A stretch of DNA of 32,000 nt from Acaryochloris marina S15 (GTDB lineage: Bacteria > Cyanobacteriota > Cyanobacteriia > Thermosynechococcales > Thermosynechococcaceae): positions 630,001 through 662,000 of the forward strand of contig NZ_CP064923.1 of assembly GCF_018336915.1 (NCBI RefSeq), in the 5' to 3' direction. The notes under the pieces were generated by a model. It ran no database searches. It saw nothing but the letters and a program-made list of their open reading frames with translations, and was not told the DNA's origin. Of the stretch, positions 25,582 to 32,000 are shown in pieces. Position 1 is the stretch's first letter; the number at the start of each line of letters is the position of its first letter. Position numbers and translations under genes: made by a program.

Positions 25582-25835
25582 TGTGGACTGTTGTTCTTTC
25601 CAAGCAAGCTGCTAAAGATGCGAAAAAAGTCTCAGCATCTGATCTCAAGCCAAAAGTTCAAAAACTGATAGCAGTATTACAGAGTGATCCTTATACTCTG
25701 CCCTACGAAAAGTTAGTGGGTGATATGCAGGGGTATTATTCCCGAAGGATCAACATCCAGCACCGACTCGTTTACCAAATCTTTGATGAGCAAAAAGTGA
25801 TCAAGATTTTGCGCATGTGGAGCCGCTATGAATGA
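25581..25835 (+). CDS. yoeB: type II toxin, Txe/YoeB family mRNA interferase
   Basis: YEKLVGDMQGYYSRRINIQHRLVYQIFDEQKVIKILRMWSRYE matches the YoeB C-terminal catalytic region. The ATG overlaps the antitoxin stop by 1 nt. Confidence 0.88.
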   Translation: MWTVVLSKQAAKDAKKVSASDLKPKVQKLIAVLQSDPYTLPYEKLVGDMQGYYSRRINIQHRLVYQIFDEQKVIKILRMWSRYE

Positions 25836-25850
25836 TTCTGTAGTGCATGA

Positions 25851-26414
25851 CTACTCCAGTAGCCAATTGAAAATTTCTTCAGTGGTCAGTTGTAAAGTGT
25901 TTGCAAATAGCGGGACAGGAAGTTGCTGCGTTGGTAGGTCAAACACTAAAGTCTGTTGCTGTGGCCGATAAACCAAGATTGCTTTTTCACTTGGATCAAT
26001 TAGCCAACTCATCTTAGCCCTCTGATCGAGGCAATGTAGGATATTTTTAGTCACCTTAGTATGACTCTGATCGGGAGACAGAATTTCAATGGCCTAATTA
26101 GGTGCCAGCTGAAAAACATTAGCAATCTCTCCATGATGATCACGCACAATTCTGCCCCAACTGAAGACGGAAATATCTGGAACAGTGGATCGATCACCAA
26201 AAGTACAGCGTAATTCTGAAAAGGCCCTGGCAATTTTTTGAAGTCTTAACCGAGCATTGATCGCAGTCGATAATTCTGTCTGGATCGAGCTGTGCTTTCC
26301 TTGTGGTAGCGGTTTTTGAATAATTTGCCCGTCTATATACTCGCTAGCAGGTTTTGTCTCCGGTAATGCTAGAAACTTTTCTAACGTCAATCGTTGAATA
26401 GGAGTTTGTAGCAT
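25851..26414 (-). pseudogene. Uma2 (DUF820) family endonuclease interrupted by one in-frame TAG
   Basis: The two track ORFs (26094..26414 and 25851..26054) share one frame. The joined reading is ...VFQLAPN*AIEILSPDQSHTKVTKNILHCLDQRAKMSWLIDP..., i.e. the Uma2 core (PDISVF ... AP.xAIEILSPDQS ... WLIDP) with a single stop at 26094-26096. Confidence 0.8.
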
Positions 26415-26505
26415 CTGATCGTTAGCTCAACAAGAAATACATCAGTTGACTGCAAAATAAATTCACTGTGCGGAACGAATCGTTCCAACTCAGCAACCCC
26501 AGCAC

Positions 26506-26898
26506 TCACCATTCCTCTTCAAGTGCCTCTTCGAATATTGTTCCCAGCGTTATTTCATAGGGCAGTTCTTTATCATCTCTATGATAAGCAACATAAGCTA
26601 TTCCTTCTTCTTTGTCCCAGCAACTCATTTCGATAATGCTGTTCCAATACCAATCTGGAGAGCCAGTGTCGGCGTTCCCCCGAAAGTCAGCGGGGCCCCA
26701 AACCTCTTGAATTTTGGCAACCACCACCTCATATTCATGTTGAAAATCAGCTTCAATATTTTCTAAATTTGAAAAATCATCATCAAAGAACAGTTTTGAA
26801 ACTTTCCAGTCAAATGTATATCCGTATGGCTGATAGTTCCCTGGAAGCATCTTCCACAAAAAGTCTTCAAGAATTTCGACGGGATGTTTCTCTTTCAT
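26506..26898 (-). CDS. hypothetical acidic protein (130 aa)
   Basis: ATG ORF, Trp- and acid-rich, with no family recognised. It is preceded on the minus strand by copy B of the ileS leader repeat. Confidence 0.5.
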   Translation of the reverse strand: MKEKHPVEILEDFLWKMLPGNYQPYGYTFDWKVSKLFFDDDFSNLENIEADFQHEYEVVVAKIQEVWGPADFRGNADTGSPDWYWNSIIEMSCWDKEEGIAYVAYHRDDKELPYEITLGTIFEEALEEEW

Positions 26899-26921
26899 GA
26901 CTTGAGGTTCTTTCCATAACC

Positions 26922-26975
26922 TTTCTAGCCAATACAGCAGAGAACATCAACAAGCCTGCAGGTGTTATCAACTAG
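26922..26975. repeat. ileS leader repeat, copy B
   Basis: TTTCTAGCCAATACAGCAGAGAACATCAACAAG ... TTATCAACTAG. See copy A. Confidence 0.9.
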
Positions 26976-27038
26976 ATCTCAACTATAGTCTTGTAGATCT
27001 GACCTTTCTCTCAAGACTTGGATTTTGGCAATGCTCGA

Positions 27039-28679
27039 TTACCTGGGGTTTAAGATCTCATGGGTAGAGAGAGTCTGGGTTAAGTTGAGCTTGAGTTTAC
27101 CTTGTCTCAAAGTCGCCACAAACTCAGGAGACAAATAAGACTGATATTCCATCTCTTCTGCAATATGCTGTTTCATAAAGGCTAGGCTCAATACGGATAG
27201 GTATGATTTAGCCGCATCAGGAGATGGTCCTGACAGTTTTTGGGACTCAGGCTGTGCTTCAGACTCACTGGATGGATCGACTGCGATCGTGGAAAAATGA
27301 GTGCCCCCCTGCATCAAGACAAAATATTTGTCTGTTGTGGTGAGCCACGTGAACGGAGTCGCTTGTTCAAGGAGCGATGGAGACACTTTGTCCGCACTGC
27401 CTGATACCAGCATTACCGGGGTTTGAATTTGGCTGAGAGTCTCGCCCAGCACACTACTATCGACTGGGTTGATGGCGATGACCCCTTTAACTCGGGGATC
27501 TGCCAGCTTATAGCGTTGTTGAGGCAACTTTAACGCTTGGCACTGAAGAATTAAGGAGATATTGATGGTGTCTTTAAGCCGCGATCCACAATCTTGCTGA
27601 AGTTGCCCAAAGTTGATCGTTGCGCCCGCTACGGCTAGGGCGGTATATCCCCCAAAAGACTGGCCAATGACCCCTACTTGCTCCAGATTTAGCTGCCCCT
27701 GAAACATTGGATCGGCGGTTGCTAATCGTTCCAATTCATCCAAGATAAACCGCACATCCAGTGGACGATCCAGAAACTCGATGGGCTGGGTTACGTCTTT
27801 CACTCGTCCTAACATCAGCGCCTGGAGCTGGTTAGTATTGCTGCCAATATGTTCAGGCATGACCACCACAAATCCATGAGAGGCAAGATGTTCTGCTAAA
27901 TACGCATAAGAGTTGCGATTGGAATTGAGGCCATGAGAAATCACAACAATAGGCTTGGGAGCGGCCGTTTGAGGTAGATAGATATCAACGGGGAACTGCC
28001 GGGATTGCCCCGTTAGCCCTTGCCGTGTGGCACTTTGATCGGATAGGGTGAGGGTCGTTTTTTGCCAAGAATATTGCCCTTGCTGAGTCAAGGCAGACCC
28101 TGTGGAACTGGCTATGGGGCTAGCAGGGGACTGGTTCTCCAACACCTGAATTAATGTGTTTGTTTGCCGAATGAGTCCCCGGATTTGAGAGAAGACAGCT
28201 AATCCTTCACTGAGGTCAATCTTCAGCCCTTGGATGGGATAGTGCTTGAGAAAATTCAAAACTGTGAGACCTTCTGGATCCGCCGCTGCCACGATCAATG
28301 CGCCTCTCAGAGCATAGAATCCACCGTGATTAGATTTGGGTCGAATGACTCGGGCAACCCGTTGGACCATCAACTCGCCAATATCTGAATAGAGAAATTG
28401 GGATAGGGCGACTGGAGAGATGGCTAGCTTTTGTTGTAGGGCATTTTGGAGAAATGGGCGCTGCTCAGGGCTGATATAGCGAGCATAGGGAATAAAATCA
28501 CCTGTGATTCGCCCCGTTTCGGCAAAGGTCTCCAAGGATTTGACTGAGACGGATTGCTCAAAGGAGAGAAACGAGGCAAAAATTCGCTCTGCACTCCTGG
28601 CTGGTTTAGTCTGACAACTGATAGACAGCCAAAAAGCTGAACTTACTAGTAGTCCTAGTTTTGCGACTCTCTTGAACAT
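27039..28679 (-). CDS. exported DUF1400-domain / alpha/beta hydrolase (PAF-acetylhydrolase- or lipase-like)
   Basis: Signal peptide MFKRVAKLGLLVSSAFWLSISC. The N-terminal region (SLETFAETGRITGDF..Y...SPEQR..L...L) resembles cyanobacterial DUF1400. The C-terminal hydrolase part has VVISHGLNSNRNSYAYLAEHLASHGFVVVMPEH and the nucleophile elbow GQSFGG. Confidence 0.8.
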   Translation of the reverse strand: MFKRVAKLGLLVSSAFWLSISCQTKPARSAERIFASFLSFEQSVSVKSLETFAETGRITGDFIPYARYISPEQRPFLQNALQQKLAISPVALSQFLYSDIGELMVQRVARVIRPKSNHGGFYALRGALIVAAADPEGLTVLNFLKHYPIQGLKIDLSEGLAVFSQIRGLIRQTNTLIQVLENQSPASPIASSTGSALTQQGQYSWQKTTLTLSDQSATRQGLTGQSRQFPVDIYLPQTAAPKPIVVISHGLNSNRNSYAYLAEHLASHGFVVVMPEHIGSNTNQLQALMLGRVKDVTQPIEFLDRPLDVRFILDELERLATADPMFQGQLNLEQVGVIGQSFGGYTALAVAGATINFGQLQQDCGSRLKDTINISLILQCQALKLPQQRYKLADPRVKGVIAINPVDSSVLGETLSQIQTPVMLVSGSADKVSPSLLEQATPFTWLTTTDKYFVLMQGGTHFSTIAVDPSSESEAQPESQKLSGPSPDAAKSYLSVLSLAFMKQHIAEEMEYQSYLSPEFVATLRQGKLKLNLTQTLSTHEILNPR

Positions 28680-28824
28680 ATGAGATGTTTACCCTTTAAA
28701 CCGTTCCTCAATCCGTTCAAGAGCATAGCAAATTTGGCCATAGCTGTTCTCTTCCTCTCAATTCTGGTGAAAAACTATAGAGGAAATGATTCAGGCTGCT
28801 GGGGTAATGGGTTGTTTGGTCAGA

Positions 28825-30402
28825 TTAATTCCAGTTGCCCACCATGGTGAACGAAGACCAGTAGTAGGGATGGGTAAAGTCCACTTCGCCGCGTTCAGCA
28901 AAAATAGCAGGCAGGGCAATTTGAGAGCCATCTGCTAAGACGAGTTGAGCGTCATCGGTCAATCGAACTTGACCATTGAGCATAGCCATTTGGGCCTGCC
29001 GCAACGCCGCCGACTTAATGGGAGCCGTTTTCAAGTTTTGATAAAACCCTGTCATTAAGCCCAGCGTGCCTTCATCGCTGACAAACCAGAGACTACCCAG
29101 GGCCGACTTTACGCCGGATTGAATCGCTAAACCCGTAAAGCCCAGCTCCGCATCTGTATTGCCTAGGGCGGTTTGACAAGCACTTAACACCAATAGCTCT
29201 ACGGTGGGGGTATCACTCCATTTGGATTGGGTGGCCACCTCTCGTAAATCCTTGAGGGTCAGTTTGCCATCCCAAAGCTGGATAAAAGACTTATCGATCT
29301 TGCCAGGATTAAACTCGGCATGGGTGGCTAAGTGGATAATGTCGAACTGTTGCTGTTGGGTAAATTTCTTGAGATTGGCGAGGGTGACATCGGGATCTAA
29401 ATAGGCTGATCCTTGCCAAATATTTTCAGTGAGGGCTGGAATCTCCACTGCAACAGAGGGTAATGGCGATTGGCCCTCGACTTCTTTGGTAATTCCCATG
29501 CCCAAAACCTGCTTGCCTTGAATAGGAGAAAAGCGGGTATCCGTCAGGCTAAAACTGGGAATCAATGCCAGGTTGTACTGTTCCACCAGAAACTGTTGAC
29601 CGTCGTGGAGGGCGGCTAAGGGGAGCGATCGCAACCCCGTATCCATGGAAAAGATGATGGTATCGATCTTTTTCTTTTCTAGCTCGGCGACTAGTGGCTG
29701 AACCATCCATTGATGAAGCTTTTGGGCCGAGTCCAAGTAGCTTTTGGATTTGAAATCAACTGGGTCACTGATCTGCTGTCGAAAGTCTTTAGATACCTTG
29801 GAAACTTGACCTAGGGTAGCCTCTGGTACTTTTACAAACGTCACGTTGGGATTATTGAGATCATCTGTGGACGGAGCCGCTTGTCCCAGTTGGATCGGTT
29901 GGCTGGAGGCTACTTGGATAGCTCGATCAATACGACTCAACTCAGGGTCACTAAGGTCTGCGGTGACCAAAACAAGCTGCAGCCCCTCTCTCGTTTTCAG
30001 GACATAGAGCAATGCTGGATTGGTTCCGGTGGCTTTAGCGAGTTTCTTTAACTCCTGGGAAATCACATCTGCAGAAGCTGCCTCGCCAAAGAACGGACCA
30101 AACTTAGAGGCATAAACCCCTGCAAAGCTGGTTTCAATCGTGGCGATCTCGGTGGGTACACCATCAATAAAAGGAGTATCTGCAGGCGGATCCTCAAACC
30201 CCGGGTTGACGTCCGTATTTCCATCCGATTGGCCTGTCATATTGATATCGGATTGACTGGTGGGAGGTGTGCCTGGTGTAATCGGTGGATCTAGCGGAGT
30301 TTGGGCCATATTCCGATCAGCAACGCTCAAGGTCATCGCTACCGTCAGCAACCCTAGATTAATGAGGCGAAAAGGGGTTTTAAATATCTTGATCATGGTC
30401 AC
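28825..30402 (-). CDS. exported CHAT-domain (caspase-fold) protease
   Basis: N-terminal signal-like segment. CHAT core LHQWMVQPLVAELEKKKIDTIIFSMDTGLRSLPLAALHDG, catalytic His context IIHLATHAEF and Cys context LLVLSACQTALG. The track start is a GTG at 30402, and an ATG at 30396 is equally plausible. Confidence 0.85.
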   Translation of the reverse strand: MTMIKIFKTPFRLINLGLLTVAMTLSVADRNMAQTPLDPPITPGTPPTSQSDINMTGQSDGNTDVNPGFEDPPADTPFIDGVPTEIATIETSFAGVYASKFGPFFGEAASADVISQELKKLAKATGTNPALLYVLKTREGLQLVLVTADLSDPELSRIDRAIQVASSQPIQLGQAAPSTDDLNNPNVTFVKVPEATLGQVSKVSKDFRQQISDPVDFKSKSYLDSAQKLHQWMVQPLVAELEKKKIDTIIFSMDTGLRSLPLAALHDGQQFLVEQYNLALIPSFSLTDTRFSPIQGKQVLGMGITKEVEGQSPLPSVAVEIPALTENIWQGSAYLDPDVTLANLKKFTQQQQFDIIHLATHAEFNPGKIDKSFIQLWDGKLTLKDLREVATQSKWSDTPTVELLVLSACQTALGNTDAELGFTGLAIQSGVKSALGSLWFVSDEGTLGLMTGFYQNLKTAPIKSAALRQAQMAMLNGQVRLTDDAQLVLADGSQIALPAIFAERGEVDFTHPYYWSSFTMVGNWN

Positions 30403-30455
30403 AATAGATTTTTCTATTCAAGTTGGCTATCGATCAGGTCAATAAACGGACTGCT

Positions 30456-31733
30456 CTAAAACGTGATGGCGTAACCGATGCCAAAAATAAAGCGCACACC
30501 ATCTCCGGCGGTGCCAGTAACATCCGTGATTGCTGGGGTAATAATCAGTGGAATTTCACGAAAGGGCCGAAGAGAAAAGCCTAGGGATAAATCTTGGCCA
30601 GACCATTCTGCGATCGCATTCACCGGATCAGCAATCCGCAGGGCGACACTGCCAAAAATGCCCGGAGTATCATCATCCGTGAACACATTATTCTCCGTTC
30701 GATAGCGTCCTGTCCCCAATCCAGCGGAGACATACATTCGACTAAACAGATCCTTCGTATTTTCCTTGAGGATAAATGTCTTTGACACCACACCATAAGG
30801 ACTGGGACCGTCGATATCTCCTGGTCCCCAGCTAATGGCATCGTTGACGCCGACTGCGACGGCAAATAAATCAGGTAACCGTCGATGCAGTTTGAAGCTA
30901 ATGATGCCCCGCTCAAAATTATCTAAATCTGTTAGGGTGAGTCCCACATCCAGACCCACATACTTGCGGGCATCGCCTAAGCCAAAGCCAACCCCAATCG
31001 CTCCATCAGAACTATTTGTAAACCGAGTGCGATGTTGAAAGCCAATGCCAACGGAAGCTTGACGCCAGGATTTGCCATAGGCAGAAGGCGTCAGAATCGT
31101 GGTGCTAGGACTATAAATCACCTTGGGCGTTAGCAACTCTTCTCGCAGATCCAACGGGACTTCATCAGGGCTAGAGGGTTGGGTGCGAATACTGGGCCGA
31201 CGACCCGCTGCATCTTCAGGGTTGGGTCCTTCTGGAATCTGAGCAATCTGATCGAGGGTTAATAAAGGTTGAACTGCTGCGGCTGTGGGTAGAAGCCTGG
31301 AGGTGAACTCACCCTCAGAGAAAGTGGGATTTTCTTGCAGTGTCTCATTGGGGGTAGACGTTGTAACTGCAGTCAATGGAGGTGTGAATTCAGGCAGGCG
31401 GTTAGTCGCAGCCTCATCGGAACCATGAGTGATAGCCAGGACTTCCTGTTGAGAGGCTGTAGTGTTGGCGACAGAGGGTAGAGGAGAATTCAATCCTGTT
31501 GGTGCCGGAGGGCTGGTTGCTGCCGAGTCTGGGGCTAGCACAACGCCGAGAGGGGCTGGCGTCCGTCCCATCAGACTCTCTTGAAGGGCTAAATCCTGTT
31601 GGCTAAAAGGGTAAGTATTTTTCAGAGAGAGTTCCGTTGCTCCCACCTGGCTAGGAAAAGAGAGACAAACAGAAATCGAGAGGAGACTCAGATGGCAAAT
31701 AGATAATGGCTTTAACGGCATAAATTTATCCAC
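30456..31733 (-). CDS. putative outer-membrane beta-barrel protein with a Pro/Thr/Ser-rich N-terminal linker
   Basis: Signal peptide ending QVGA-TE, then about 190 aa of low-complexity P/T/S-rich region. The C-terminal 220 aa or so show an alternating hydrophobic pattern and end in ...IFGIGYAITF (terminal Phe typical of OMPs). GTG start at 31733 or ATG at 31721. Confidence 0.55.
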   Translation of the reverse strand: MDKFMPLKPLSICHLSLLSISVCLSFPSQVGATELSLKNTYPFSQQDLALQESLMGRTPAPLGVVLAPDSAATSPPAPTGLNSPLPSVANTTASQQEVLAITHGSDEAATNRLPEFTPPLTAVTTSTPNETLQENPTFSEGEFTSRLLPTAAAVQPLLTLDQIAQIPEGPNPEDAAGRRPSIRTQPSSPDEVPLDLREELLTPKVIYSPSTTILTPSAYGKSWRQASVGIGFQHRTRFTNSSDGAIGVGFGLGDARKYVGLDVGLTLTDLDNFERGIISFKLHRRLPDLFAVAVGVNDAISWGPGDIDGPSPYGVVSKTFILKENTKDLFSRMYVSAGLGTGRYRTENNVFTDDDTPGIFGSVALRIADPVNAIAEWSGQDLSLGFSLRPFREIPLIITPAITDVTGTAGDGVRFIFGIGYAITF

Positions 31734-31885
31734 AAATTAAGCGCAATAAATAACAGTCCTCTTGTGCAGACTCAGGAAATTAGACACCCTAGATTGAACC
31801 ATACTGTCAAGGAATGGAAGCTGAAATTCAGAAAATATAAATATCTATAAGATGGATGGAGTGACCGAATCTTGATGATGTGCAT

Positions 31886-31925
31886 AAAAAATCCAGAGAG
31901 TAAAAAGGATAAATACTCTCTGGAT
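31886..31925 (-). terminator. rho-independent terminator (minus strand) upstream of the OMP-CHAT-hydrolase cluster
   Basis: Perfect 12-bp stem ATCCAGAGAGTA (31891-31902) / TACTCTCTGGAT (31914-31925) with an 11-nt loop. On the minus strand it is followed by TTTTT (complement of 31886-31890). Confidence 0.7.
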
Positions 31926-32000
31926 CAAAAATGAATAGTTCAGGCCTAAAAGCCTCAAATACTGATAGCTATAAAGCTGAGGTCTCTAAAAAAACCAGTA

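Noticed and set aside
25333-25835. yefM-yoeB considered as a candidate novel system.
   Set aside because: It is a canonical type II toxin-antitoxin pair with a typical TAATG overlap. It is of interest only as cargo of the ileS-upstream cassette.
26051-26233. A 60-aa minus-strand ORF overlapping the Uma2 pseudogene.
   Set aside because: It is in an alternative frame. The Uma2 frame explains the region.

Overview
This is a cyanobacterial chromosomal window. The octamer GCGATCGC (HIP1) occurs at least a dozen times, and the photosynthesis genes psbV, a psbV2-like gene, petJ and an HLIP gene are present.

Core genes I am confident of:
- accD and the psbV / psbV2-like / petJ cluster
- an SDR oxidoreductase
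- a tightly packed clpS-orf94-trm1-like operon
- an Apa2-type ATP adenylyltransferase
- an hli gene with a textbook HLR1 (RpaB) box
- a pentapeptide-repeat protein and a GNAT acetyltransferase
- an ACT-domain malic enzyme and ileS

Accessory or unusual content:
1. A bacterial lipoxygenase has an intact stop codon directly abutted by a nested insertion, an IS630-family element inside an IS1634/IS4-like element. Both elements keep target-site duplications.
2. ileS is bracketed by duplications of its own ends. A roughly 285-bp decayed copy of its 3' end lies 1.3 kb downstream. A 33-bp (extending to about 55-bp) copy of its 5' leader lies 1.8 kb upstream. Each pair encloses a small accessory islet: DUF29 plus small ORFs on one side, and yefM-yoeB, a nonsense-inactivated Uma2 nuclease and an orphan ORF on the other.
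3. There are two clusters of exported proteins of unknown role. One is COP23 plus an S1 protease-TPR protein behind a 740-bp AT-rich gap. The other is a beta-barrel OMP-like protein, a CHAT protease and a DUF1400 alpha/beta hydrolase.
4. There are two further pseudogenes (an ABM monooxygenase and the Uma2 nuclease) and a secreted tandem Tudor/Agenet-like protein.

I found no CRISPR array, tRNA or rRNA. I also see no clear-cut novel multi-gene defence system. The best candidates for undescribed biology are the exported OMP-CHAT-hydrolase trio and the ileS-flanking duplication and islet architecture. All family assignments rest on motif recognition by eye, not database searches.
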